The notes: generated from the letters alone by a model not told the origin. DNA of 25,427 nucleotides from Actinomycetales bacterium (GCA_045807245.1 JBJMHS010000030.1:62001-87427), one strand, 5' to 3'. Counted from the stretch's first letter, positions 1 through 9,089 are shown. Made by a program: numbers and translations.

Positions 1-2
1 CC

Positions 3-2765
3 GTACTTCCTCCGGTGGACAGCGACAACGGGTGGTACCGGTCCGGCCCCACGGTCTCGCTCGTCGCCACCGACACACTGTCCGGGACCGCGTCAACGTT
101 CTACGCCGTCGACGAGGGGGCAGCGCAGCGCTACACGGGTCCGTTCACGGTTGGCGCTGAGGGCGTCCACTCACTGACCTTCTGGAGCACGGACCGGGCC
201 GACAACAGCGAGGACCGCACCGGAGCGGGCAACACGGTGGTCGTTCGGGTGGACACGACGGCACCTTCGATCAACGGGTCCCGGCTGCCGGCGCCGAACG
301 CTCAGGGGTGGAACAACGAGCCGGTGCTGGCAACCTTCACCTGCTCGGACTCCGGCGGCTCCGGTGTCGACACATGCACTGCCCCGGTGACGGTGTCCGG
401 CCAGGCCGCCGGCCAGTCGGCGACAGGCACGGCCACCGACAAGGTCGGCAACACGAGCACGACGTCGGTCGGTGGCATCAACATCGACCTCACCAACCCG
501 GTGCTGTCCGGCGCGGCCACCACCGCGCCGAACGCGGACGGCTGGTACCGCTCCGACGTCTCCGTGTCGTGGACGTGCTCCGACGCCCTTTCCGGCATCC
601 TCGGTGCCTCCTGCCCCGCGACCACGGTGCTTTCAGGCGAGGGCGACAACCTGTCGGCCTGGCAGAGCGCGACTGACAACGCGGGCAACACGACGGCGGC
701 TGCGGTCGACGGGCTCCGCATCGACCGCCACGCCCCGATCACGACCGTGAGCGCCCCGTCCGACTGGCAGAGGACGGGCGTCGCGCTCGACGTCCAAGCG
801 ACCGACAACCTCTCTGGGGTCAAGGCGACGTACTTCACGATCAACGGTGGTGCGCCCCAGAAGGGCAACAAGATCGAGCTCTCCGCAGACGGGACCTACG
901 CCCTGACCTTCTGGAGCATCGACCGGGCGGACAACGAGGGGACGCACGGGTCGACCACGGTGAAGGTCGACCAGACGGCACCGAGCATCAGCCACACAGT
1001 GACGCCCGAGCCGAACGAGGACCTCTGGAACAACACCGACGCGACAGTGCACTTCCTGTGCGACGACGGGACATCCGGCGTCCAGAGCTGCACGGACGAC
1101 CACGTCGTCACCGCCGAGGCCGCGAACCAGAAGGTGACCGGCACCGCCGTCGACCAGGCCGGCAACTCGGCCACCGACACGGCAACGCTGAACGTGGACA
1201 AGACCCGCCCGACGATCGCCGGTGCGGCCGATCGCTCACCGAACGCGAACGGCTGGTACGACCAGGCCGTCACGGTCAGCTTCACCTGCGCCGACAACCT
1301 CTCGGGTGTGGCCGACTGCGGCAAGGAGGTCATCCTCGCGGAAGGTCACGAACAGTCGGCGTCGGGCGCAGCGTCCGACAAGGCCGGCAACGACGCGGCG
1401 ACGAGCGTCGACGGCATCAACGTCGACACGACCACCCCGTCGCTCTCCGGGGCTGTGACCAGCCCGAACAGCGGTGGCAGCTTCCACAACGGAGACGTCA
1501 AGGTGCACTGGTCCTGCGCGGACGCGCTGTCCGGCATCGAGGGCAGCTGCCCGGCGGACAGCGTCGTGTCGGGCGAGGGCCTCAACCTGACGGCCATCGC
1601 GGCCGTCACTGACAAGGCCGGCAACACCCGGACGACCACCGTCGGCGGGATCAGCATCGACCGCACTGCCCCTGCCACGGCGCTCAGCGCACCCGACCCG
1701 ACGTACCCCTCGGGTTGGTACGCCGCACCGGTCACCGTGACCCTGTCGGCGAGCGACAACCTCTCCGGTGTCGAGCGCACGCTCTACACGATCGACGGCG
1801 GCGCGGCGAAGACCTACGACGCACCGTTCGTCGTCGGCAAGGGCGTCCACACCGTGTCCTTCTGGAGTGCCGACGTGGCGGGCAACGTCGAGGACAGCAG
1901 CACTGGGCACCGGATGACGTTCAAGGTGGACAACCTGGCGCCGTCCATCGACGGAGCGGCCACGACGACGCCGAACCGGAACGGCTGGTACGCCGGGCCG
2001 GTCAGCGTGCACTTCGTGTGTTCGGACGCCCAGACGCAGGTGGCGAGCTGCCCGGCCGACCGCATCCTGTCGACCGAGGGTGCCGCGCAGTACATCACGG
2101 GTACGGCGACCGACGTAGCCGGGAACTCGGCCACGGTGAAGGTCGGGCCGATCAGCATCGACCTGACCCAGCCGACGTTCGCGCCGTACACCGGCCGGAC
2201 CGCGTTCACCGTCGGCCAGACGATGACGCCGCCCAGCTGCTCGGCCACCGACTCCCTGTCCGGCCTGGCCGGCTGCACGTTGGTGAGGAGCGGCAGCGGT
2301 CTCGGCAACGCGAACGGCGTCGGCGACTTCGTCTACAGCTTCACGGCGACCGACCAGGCGGGCAACACGGCGACGCAGTCCGTGACTCTGCACGTCGGCT
2401 ACGACTGGTCCGGCTTCCTGCAGCCGGTGACGAACACCGCACACGACCTGGGCACGGCCAGCACCTTCAAGGCCGGGAGCACCGTCCCGATGAAGTTCCA
2501 GCTCAAGGACAGCTCCGGTGCCGTTCGGCCGGCGACGTCCATGCCGGTCTGGCTGCAGCCGACGGACCTCGGCACGACGAGTGCCGGTACGGGTGTCGTC
2601 ACCGGAGGCACGGGGATGGTGGGCGGCTCGTTCAAGTGGGACGCGTCCGCGCAGCAGTACGTGTTCACCTGGCAGACCCCGAAGTCGGCGGCCGGGCACT
2701 ACTTCCGAGTCGGGGTGCAGCTTGACAGCGGGGACGTCTCCTCGACGCTCATCAAGCTGAGCTGA
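3..2765 (+). CDS. Large Ig-like repeat surface/secreted protein with C-terminal PxKF domain (5'-truncated)
   Basis: Frame is open from base 3. About 10 tandem ~80-aa modules (DxTxP...NGWY...CxDxxSGV...ATDxAGN, some OmpL47-type with FWSxDxAxN), then C-terminal 'WSGFLQPV...KAGSTVPMKFQLKD...QQYVFTWQTPK'. Confidence 0.85.
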   Translation, partial: VLPPVDSDNGWYRSGPTVSLVATDTLSGTASTFYAVDEGAAQRYTGPFTVGAEGVHSLTFWSTDRADNSEDRTGAGNTVVVRVDTTAPSINGSRLPAPNAQGWNNEPVLATFTCSDSGGSGVDTCTAPVTVSGQAAGQSATGTATDKVGNTSTTSVGGINIDLTNPVLSGAATTAPNADGWYRSDVSVSWTCSDALSGILGASCPATTVLSGEGDNLSAWQSATDNAGNTTAAAVDGLRIDRHAPITTVSAPSDWQRTGVALDVQATDNLSGVKATYFTINGGAPQKGNKIELSADGTYALTFWSIDRADNEGTHGSTTVKVDQTAPSISHTVTPEPNEDLWNNTDATVHFLCDDGTSGVQSCTDDHVVTAEAANQKVTGTAVDQAGNSATDTATLNVDKTRPTIAGAADRSPNANGWYDQAVTVSFTCADNLSGVADCGKEVILAEGHEQSASGAASDKAGNDAATSVDGINVDTTTPSLSGAVTSPNSGGSFHNGDVKVHWSCADALSGIEGSCPADSVVSGEGLNLTAIAAVTDKAGNTRTTTVGGISIDRTAPATALSAPDPTYPSGWYAAPVTVTLSASDNLSGVERTLYTIDGGAAKTYDAPFVVGKGVHTVSFWSADVAGNVEDSSTGHRMTFKVDNLAPSIDGAATTTPNRNGWYAGPVSVHFVCSDAQTQVASCPADRILSTEGAAQYITGTATDVAGNSATVKVGPISIDLTQPTFAPYTGRTAFTVGQTMTPPSCSATDSLSGLAGCTLVRSGSGLGNANGVGDFVYSFTATDQAGNTATQSVTLHVGYDWSGFLQPVTNTAHDLGTASTFKAGSTVPMKFQLKDSSGAVRPATSMPVWLQPTDLGTTSAGTGVVTGGTGMVGGSFKWDASAQQYVFTWQTPKSAAGHYFRVGVQLDSGDVSSTLIKLS

Positions 2766-2810
2766 CCGGCACGCTCGAGTAGGCGCCACACATCTGGAAA
2801 GGTGACGCGC

Positions 2811-2839
2811 CTCAAGCCCACCTGACGTGGTGCCGATTC
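2811..2839 (+). promoter_or_regulatory. Putative sigma28 (FliA/WhiG-family) promoter
   Basis: CTCA(AG) at 2811, 17-nt spacer, GCCGAT at 2832-2837. The GTG start at 2847 follows closely and has no Shine-Dalgarno. Confidence 0.55.
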
Positions 2840-2846
2840 GGGTGCT

Positions 2847-5183
2847 GTGACCGCTCAGGACTCCGCGGCGCGATGGCGCGCGCGGCCGCTCCAGGCTGGC
2901 CTGTTGCGCCTGACCGCCGTGGTGGTCCCTCTGGCGTGCTCGGTGCTCGCCGGCATCCTGGTCGGCTCGGTGCTGCCGAGATCGCACAGCTGGGTCGGCG
3001 CGGTCGCGTCGTGGCTCGGCGTGCTCGTGGTCTCCACCGTCGTCCTGTTCGGCATCGACCGCCTGACGCGCCGGCTGCTGCCGATCGCGACGCTCTTGAA
3101 GCTCTCCATGCTCTTCCCGGACCGGGCACCGTCGCGGTACAAGATCGCCCGGTCGATGGCCGGCACCAGGGCGTTGGCCGCCGAGCTCGAACGCGCCCGC
3201 CAGCACGGCGTCACCGGGGACCGGCAGCAGGCCGCCGAGACAGTTCTGGCGCTGGTGGGCGCGCTCGGCGAGTACGACAGCCGCACGCGCGGCCACTCGG
3301 AGCGCACCCAGCTGTTCGTCACCATGATCGCCGAGGAGATGGGCATCCGACCGGGCGACCGGGACCGGCTCCTGTGGGCTGCCCTGATCCACGACGTCGG
3401 CAAGCTCAACGTGCCCAGCGCCGTACTCAACAAGCCGGCCAAGCTGGACGCGGCCGAGTGGGAGATGCTGCGGCGCCACCCACTGGACGGCGCCACGATC
3501 TGCGGCCCGCTCAACGACTGGCTCGGCCCGTGGCGTCTCGCGGTCGAGCAGCACCATGAGCGGTACGACGGGACCGGGTACCCGCTGGGGCTGGCCGCGG
3601 AGCAGATCGGCCTCGGCGGCCGGATCGTCGCCGTCGCCGACTCCTACGAAGTCATGACGGCGGCCCGGGCGTACAAGAAGCCGATGACGGCGCCCGAGGC
3701 CCGGGCCGAGCTGGCGCGGTGCGCCGGTACCCAGTTCGACCCGGCAGTGGTCAAAGCCTTCCTGGCCATCTCCTTGTCGCGGGTGCGATGGGTCACGGGT
3801 CCGCTGGCCTGGATCGCGCAGGTCCCGTTCCTGCACTCCCTGCCGGGTGTCGGTCAGGCGGTCAGCGCCGTCGGCAGCGCGGCACTGACCGGAGCCAGCC
3901 TGGTCGGCCTCGGGGTTGCGCCCGCGACGGCGGCCGAACATCACGCACCTCCGTCGGCGGCCCACGCATCGCCCACCGGCCGGAACGGCACGACGTCCGA
4001 CAGCGGACCCCGACGCGTCGTCGTCAGTCACGACGCAGGCGACGGCGGCGGCGGGGCGACCCCGACGACCGGTTCCGCCGCGTCGACCGGCTCCGCCCCG
4101 TCGACCGACCCGGCCCGGAGCAGCAACCACTCCCCCGTCGCCGCCGACGACCGTCTCACAGTGGCCGAGGACTCGGGCCCAACGTCGGTCAGCGTGCTGG
4201 CCAACGACAGCGATCCCGGGAACGAACCACTGAAGGTCGTCACCACGACGACACCACGCCATGGTCGTGTCGTGTTCAGCGCCGCGGCGGTGAGCTATAC
4301 GCCTGCTGCGAACTTCAACGGCGCGGACAATTTTACCTACACCGTGCGGGACAACGCCGGCGGTACGGCGACGGCAACGGTCGCCGTCGATGTCACCGCG
4401 GTGAACGACCCACCGCAGGCGCACAACGACCGGTACGCCGGTCAGGTGGGTCACAGCATCAACGGCAACGTGCTGCGCAACGACGAGGACATCGACGGGG
4501 ACACGCTGCACGTCGCCGGCGACGACGACGCCTCGGTGCACCTGAGCTCGAGCGGCACGTTCTCGTTCACACCCTCAGCCGCCGGCACGACGACCATCCA
4601 CTACGTCGTCACGGACGGACACGCCCGGGACACGGGAACGGTGACCATCGTCGTGGCCGCACCCGCCCAGCTCGGCCGGCTGTACCTGCGCGGGTCCTCC
4701 ACCAGCTCCACGGGCAGGCTGACCGTGAGCGCGCCGACCGAGGCCACGACGGACTGGGACGGCGACAGTCACCCGGGGCTCACCATCAGGGACAGCGACC
4801 TCAAGGTCACCGAGACCGACCCAAAGAAGTACCAGGAGTGGAGCTACCAGGCACCGTCGGGCGGTCTGGCTCTCAACGGGCCGGTGTCACTCGACCTGTG
4901 GAGCACACCGAGGCAACGCAAGGACCAGGACATCGACTACTCGGCCTGGCTCTACTCCTGCAACAGCTCCGGCGGCAGCTGCCAACTCCTGACCAGTGCA
5001 ACGAACGTCCACGTCAGCAAGTGGAGCACCACCACGACATGGCAACGACGAACGATCGGCATCGGCAGCGTTGCCACGACTGTGCAGAGCGGCCGAGTGC
5101 TCAAGCTGCGGGTCCAGTTCCACCGCTCCGACATGTGGCTGGCCCTGGACGCGGCCCATCCGGCCAGCCTGGTCCTGCCCTAG
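2847..5183 (+). CDS. Membrane HD-GYP domain phosphodiesterase with C-terminal Ig-like (Big_9/cadherin-like) repeats
   Basis: Two N-terminal hydrophobic helices. HD-GYP motifs TRGHSER, IHDVGK, HHERYDGTGYP, AVADSYEVM, GTQFDP. Then a further hydrophobic stretch, a Ser/Thr/Pro linker and repeats NHSPVAADD...VLANDSDP...FTYTVRD / VNDPPQAHND...VLRNDEDIDGD. Confidence 0.85.
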   Translation: MTAQDSAARWRARPLQAGLLRLTAVVVPLACSVLAGILVGSVLPRSHSWVGAVASWLGVLVVSTVVLFGIDRLTRRLLPIATLLKLSMLFPDRAPSRYKIARSMAGTRALAAELERARQHGVTGDRQQAAETVLALVGALGEYDSRTRGHSERTQLFVTMIAEEMGIRPGDRDRLLWAALIHDVGKLNVPSAVLNKPAKLDAAEWEMLRRHPLDGATICGPLNDWLGPWRLAVEQHHERYDGTGYPLGLAAEQIGLGGRIVAVADSYEVMTAARAYKKPMTAPEARAELARCAGTQFDPAVVKAFLAISLSRVRWVTGPLAWIAQVPFLHSLPGVGQAVSAVGSAALTGASLVGLGVAPATAAEHHAPPSAAHASPTGRNGTTSDSGPRRVVVSHDAGDGGGGATPTTGSAASTGSAPSTDPARSSNHSPVAADDRLTVAEDSGPTSVSVLANDSDPGNEPLKVVTTTTPRHGRVVFSAAAVSYTPAANFNGADNFTYTVRDNAGGTATATVAVDVTAVNDPPQAHNDRYAGQVGHSINGNVLRNDEDIDGDTLHVAGDDDASVHLSSSGTFSFTPSAAGTTTIHYVVTDGHARDTGTVTIVVAAPAQLGRLYLRGSSTSSTGRLTVSAPTEATTDWDGDSHPGLTIRDSDLKVTETDPKKYQEWSYQAPSGGLALNGPVSLDLWSTPRQRKDQDIDYSAWLYSCNSSGGSCQLLTSATNVHVSKWSTTTTWQRRTIGIGSVATTVQSGRVLKLRVQFHRSDMWLALDAAHPASLVLP

Positions 5184-5235
5184 AGCGCTTCGAAACCCCC
5201 CGACTGAGCCGGGCAGCTCCGTCCGCGCCTCCTGT

Positions 5236-5940
5236 CTATTCGGCTGGGGGCGCCTGGTGCATGCCCAGCTCGTCCGCCACCCGCTGGGCGATATCGCGCA
5301 GCTTGACGTTCTCGTGCTGGGACGTGCGGGTCAGGAACTGGAAGGCCTGTTCCTCGCTGAGGCCGTACCGCATCATGAGCATGCCCTGAGCGAGCCCGAT
5401 CAGGTGCCGGGTGCGCATCCCGATGGCCAGATGCTCGATCTGGTGGGTGGCCGCGATAGCAGTGCTGGCGTGCATCCCGTACACATGGGCGGTGAGCAGC
5501 GCCTCGTTGCCGAATGCGTCCGGGGTGCGCGAGTACAGGTTGAGCCCGCCCACGACTCGCTCGGGGGTCTCCATCCGCACGCTGAGGACGCTCAGCACGC
5601 CCTGTCCGGCGGCACGCGGGGCCCACTTCGGCCATCGAGTCTCGGTGCGGGTGTCCCGGATGATGTACACGTTCTCGCGCTGGACCGCGTCCACGCACGG
5701 TCCCTCGTTCAGCTGGTACTGCTGCTCGTCCAGCAGGTTCACCAGGGGATCGGTCGCTGCGGGCGTTTCCAACCGGCTCCGGTGTCTCAGCGTGACTCCG
5801 GCGTAGTCGCAACCCGGCACGGTGTCCACCGCCAGCTGGACGACCCTCTGCAGGGTGCGCTCACTGGACTCTGAGAGAAGCTGCTGGCTCAGTACCGCAA
5901 AGGCGAGCGCGGTCGAGTCAGGAGGATCGACCGTAGGCAT
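5236..5940 (-). CDS. GAF and ANTAR domain-containing protein
   Basis: ATG at 5940 with GGAGA upstream. GAF motifs LDEQQYQLNEGPCVDA, RWPKW, GGLNLYS. ANTAR motif RHLIGLAQGMLM...AFQFL..SQHENVKLRDIA. Confidence 0.9.
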   Translation of the reverse strand: MPTVDPPDSTALAFAVLSQQLLSESSERTLQRVVQLAVDTVPGCDYAGVTLRHRSRLETPAATDPLVNLLDEQQYQLNEGPCVDAVQRENVYIIRDTRTETRWPKWAPRAAGQGVLSVLSVRMETPERVVGGLNLYSRTPDAFGNEALLTAHVYGMHASTAIAATHQIEHLAIGMRTRHLIGLAQGMLMMRYGLSEEQAFQFLTRTSQHENVKLRDIAQRVADELGMHQAPPAE

Positions 5941-6104
5941 CGGGTCTCCATGGAGCGGGAACGGACGCAGGCGACCCGAGACTTCAGGCCAGTGGCCGGG
6001 CGCCTCACAAGTCGCGCCCCACCCATCTTTGGAGGCATCAACCAGCATGCCAGAAGCAGCCACGCACCGCCCGCTGGAGCAAGCGCGGAAGGCGGCCCCA
6101 GGAG

Positions 6105-6191
6105 TCAGGACCTTTGCCGGCGTACCGACGCCTCGCCACCGGTCACCAAAGTCGCAGCAGGTACGTCGTCGGCGACGACCGCGCCCGCTGC
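6105..6191 (-). pseudogene. C-terminal remnant of a hexapeptide-repeat (LbH) O-acetyltransferase
   Basis: Minus frame reads AAGAVVADDVPAATLVTGGEASVRRQRS*, matching the GAVVxxDVP...V.G..A..R tail of maltose/galactoside acetyltransferase-like proteins. The frame is closed upstream by TGA at 6257-6255 with no start codon ahead of the motif. Confidence 0.45.
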
Positions 6192-6411
6192 GGACGTTGT
6201 GTGTCCGTCGTGCCGCTGAGAGCGAGATGAAGGCGCGCGCGAGTGACCTAGCAGTCAAAAGCCGTTCCTCCAGGGTTGCCTCGGCCGATGCTCTGAAGGC
6301 TGACCGGCCGGGCTGATGCGGCAGGACCTCCGTCGAGACGGGGTGTCACCTGTTGCCTCGCACCATGCTCGGCCGGACAGTCCAGCCCGTCCTCCCCTCA
6401 AGGGCTGGCAT

Positions 6412-6460
6412 CGGCTGGACCGCGGGACGGGACCTCGCAGTCGGACCCGCGGTCCAGCCG
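6412..6460 (-). terminator. Strong GC-rich hairpin downstream of the SRPBCC gene (likely terminator or 3' stabiliser)
   Basis: Perfect 15-bp inverted repeat CGGCTGGACCGCGGG (6412-6426) / CCCGCGGTCCAGCCG (6446-6460), 26 nt past the stop codon, with no U-tract. Confidence 0.6.
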
Positions 6461-6486
6461 GACAAGCGTGATGCCCGTGGGGACGG

Positions 6487-6984
6487 TCAGCCGATGGTGC
6501 CGGGTCCGGACTCGTCGACGTGCCGACCGCCCGCAGAGACATCGCCCCGCCAGGCTCCCGACTCTGTGCCGCGCTTCTCGATGTACTCCTTGAAGCGCTT
6601 CGCATCCGCCTTCACCCGATGTTCTGGTACCTGCAGGGCGGCCCCGGCCTTCTCCACCAGCCCCTGAGGGGTCCAGTCGATCTGGATCGTGACGCGCGTC
6701 ATGTCCTCGGCGAGCCGGTGGAAGGTGACCACACCGGCTTGGTGCACTTCGCCCTCGACCGTCGTCCACGCGACGCGCTCATCCGGGTGCTGCTCTGTGA
6801 TCTGGGTGTCGAACTCCCGCCTGACGCCTCCCACTTTGGTGACCCAGTGGTTGTGCGTGTCGTCCAGCTGAGTGATCGACTCAACGCCATCCATGAAGTG
6901 GGGGAAGGACTCGAACTGCGTCCACTGGTTGTAGGCGACTCTGACCGGTACGGCCACGTCGACGGACTCCTGCACCGAGCTCAT
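6487..6984 (-). CDS. SRPBCC family (polyketide cyclase/START-like) protein
   Basis: GGAGGAG then ATG at 6984. Sequence VDVAVPVRVAYNQWTQFESFPHFMDGV...REFDTQITEQHPDERVAW...GVVTFH...TESGAWRG. Confidence 0.9.
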   Translation of the reverse strand: MSSVQESVDVAVPVRVAYNQWTQFESFPHFMDGVESITQLDDTHNHWVTKVGGVRREFDTQITEQHPDERVAWTTVEGEVHQAGVVTFHRLAEDMTRVTIQIDWTPQGLVEKAGAALQVPEHRVKADAKRFKEYIEKRGTESGAWRGDVSAGGRHVDESGPGTIG

Positions 6985-7269
6985 AACTCCTCCAAAGTTG
7001 TCGTTCCAGCGCACGGCCGGGCGCGTCGGCGGCGGACGACGCGGCGTCCGGCAAACACAACGCGCTAAGGGTCTTCGGCGGCGTCTCTTCAACATAGGCC
7101 GTCCGCAACGTCACTGCATTTCGGGCCGGAAGCAGCAGCCGCACCCGATCGGCGTGACGGGTGACTCTCGACGCGGCCCACGTGTAACGCCGACGAACCG
7201 CCTGGCGTTACTCCACCGAGAACGACAGTCGAAGCACCGGCTGGCGCCCCCAGCCGGCCGGAGTATCGA

Positions 7270-7539
7270 ATGCCAGAGACAGCCAGGCCAGTCGACGACA
7301 CCGCAGGCAGCCCGCGACCTTCTTCTGGGCGCCATCGCGTCGCCGATCGTCAGTTCACCGTCCAGCTGCTCAGCGAGCACTGGTTCATCGGCGTCCCCGG
7401 AGCAGCGCAACGGATCAGCGACCCCGCCACCCTGGACTCGTGGCTCGCGGCCAACGGCGGGCTCGATCGCCGGGACCTGGACTTCGCGGGTGATCAGGCT
7501 CTGGAGCAACGGTTCTGGGCCGAGATGGGCCCCGCCTAG
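7270..7539 (+). CDS. Small hypothetical protein (89 aa)
   Basis: GGAG 6 nt upstream of the ATG. Protein-like composition. Fills the gap between genes, and its TAG overlaps the PLD stop in CTAG. Confidence 0.5.
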   Translation: MPETARPVDDTAGSPRPSSGRHRVADRQFTVQLLSEHWFIGVPGAAQRISDPATLDSWLAANGGLDRRDLDFAGDQALEQRFWAEMGPA

Positions 7540-9089
7540 TACGCGCCGCGCCTGCGGGCCAAGAGAGTTCGCGCATCCGGGTCGAAGATCGTCCGGTACA
7601 GCGGCTCGGCCCACCATCGGGACCGAGGCGAAACCAGCTGGTCGTCCAGCGGACGCAGCTGACCCGGCGGCCGCGGGCCACGACGTCCCCCGTCGTGCCA
7701 CTCCTGCAGCGTTCGCGCTGAGGATGCGAAGGCTTCGAAAGTCTCCTCCAGCCCGACCGAAGCCGTGTCGCTGCCGAGATGCTCCCGCGCCAGAGTGAGC
7801 CGGAGGTTCGCTCCGTACCCGGACTCTGGTCCGACCGGGCCGGTGTCCCAGACGGCTGCCGCGAGCTCAGAGTCATGCGTCCAGGACCGGCGGTTGAAGT
7901 TGTCCGAGCCGGTGGCAGCCCACAGGTCGTCGATGATGCAGACCTTGGCGTGCACGTATATCGGTGTCCCTTGGGCGTTTTCGATGCCGTAGAACGCGAC
8001 GCGGTCGGGGGCTGCATCCCGCAGCTGGGCGAAGGCAACCTCACGCCCGTAGACGTTCGGGGGACCTGAGACCCGGCCATTCTGATCGGGATGGTGCGGA
8101 AGCACAGCGACCAACCGGAGATCGACGTTCCGCGCCAATGCCCGGGCGATCTGGGCACCGACCTCTGAGGACCAGAGGTACTGGTCCTCGATGTAGATCA
8201 GCCGACGGGCCCGGCCCAATACCTTGATGTAGCCACGGGCGACACTCCGCTCGCCGTGCGGAGCGAAGGGATACCCGCCCAGCCGGCGTCCGTAGGTACG
8301 CAGGAGCTGTACGGCGTGCGGTCCGGTAGGGCTGGGCGCCGGCCAGCGCGGTGGCAGCGGCGCACGGACCTGGTCGTCGCCCCGCCGGCGATCCGCCAGC
8401 CGATGGAACGGGCTGCGGCTCAGCAGCTGCGGGTCCTCCCAGCGTTCGCGAAAGACGGTCTCCACGTCGCCCACCGCGGGCCCCGTGATCGCCAGCTGGA
8501 CGTCGTGCCACGGCGGCCGGTCGCCGTACACCTTCGCCATCGGCTGACGCTGCGGGTCCCCACCGTGGCTGGCGTCGTCGCGCCGGCTGTGGCAGAGGTC
8601 GATCCCACCGACGTAGGCGACGTCGAGCTCGGTCCGGCCCCGGTGACGAAGAACGACGAACTTCTGGTGGTGCGAGCCTCCGATGCGCACCCGCATGTCG
8701 AGCAGACAGCACCCGCCGGCCGCATTGACCTCCTCGCCGAGGTGCCGGTTCTCCGCCGCGGCGAAAGCCAGCCGATCCCAGTGCGACCTCCAGAAGAGAC
8801 CGCGCACCAGCACGCCCCGTGCTGCCGCTCCCGCGAAGACCTTCGCCGCCTCACTTCCAGCCGTACCCAACAGCCGTTCGTCCGGGTCTCCGCGCCAGTC
8901 GGCGAACATCAGCAGATCACCCGCCCGCATCCGGCCGATGGCCGCGACGAGCTCCGCGAAGTAGGTCGCGCCATGCACCAACGGGCGGACGCGGTTGCCG
9001 GTCGTCCAGGCTTGGCCCGCCGGCTTGTCCCTGTCCAGCAGTGTGGCCGGGTTGCCGCGCTCCTCGGCGGAGAGGAACCAGTCGGCCAT
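7536..9089 (-). CDS. Phospholipase D family protein
   Basis: Motifs SHHQKFVV...VGGIDL, PWHDVQ..ITGPAV, IYIEDQYL and YVHAKVCIIDD...GSDNFNRRSW.HDSEL. Start placed at MADWFL (9089) by family pattern. Confidence 0.9.
   Translation of the reverse strand: MADWFLSAEERGNPATLLDRDKPAGQAWTTGNRVRPLVHGATYFAELVAAIGRMRAGDLLMFADWRGDPDERLLGTAGSEAAKVFAGAAARGVLVRGLFWRSHWDRLAFAAAENRHLGEEVNAAGGCCLLDMRVRIGGSHHQKFVVLRHRGRTELDVAYVGGIDLCHSRRDDASHGGDPQRQPMAKVYGDRPPWHDVQLAITGPAVGDVETVFRERWEDPQLLSRSPFHRLADRRRGDDQVRAPLPPRWPAPSPTGPHAVQLLRTYGRRLGGYPFAPHGERSVARGYIKVLGRARRLIYIEDQYLWSSEVGAQIARALARNVDLRLVAVLPHHPDQNGRVSGPPNVYGREVAFAQLRDAAPDRVAFYGIENAQGTPIYVHAKVCIIDDLWAATGSDNFNRRSWTHDSELAAAVWDTGPVGPESGYGANLRLTLAREHLGSDTASVGLEETFEAFASSARTLQEWHDGGRRGPRPPGQLRPLDDQLVSPRSRWWAEPLYRTIFDPDARTLLARRRGAY

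Noticed and set aside
1236..4541. 1101-aa minus-strand ORF
   Set aside because: Antisense shadow of two well-supported + strand genes; Arg/Gly/Val-rich with no motifs, typical of high-GC DNA.
5941..6316. N-terminal extension of the GAF-ANTAR ORF to 6258 and + strand ORFs 5950-6219 and 6047-6316
   Set aside because: A good SD and ATG exist at 5940; the other translations are Arg/Pro-rich without recognisable features.
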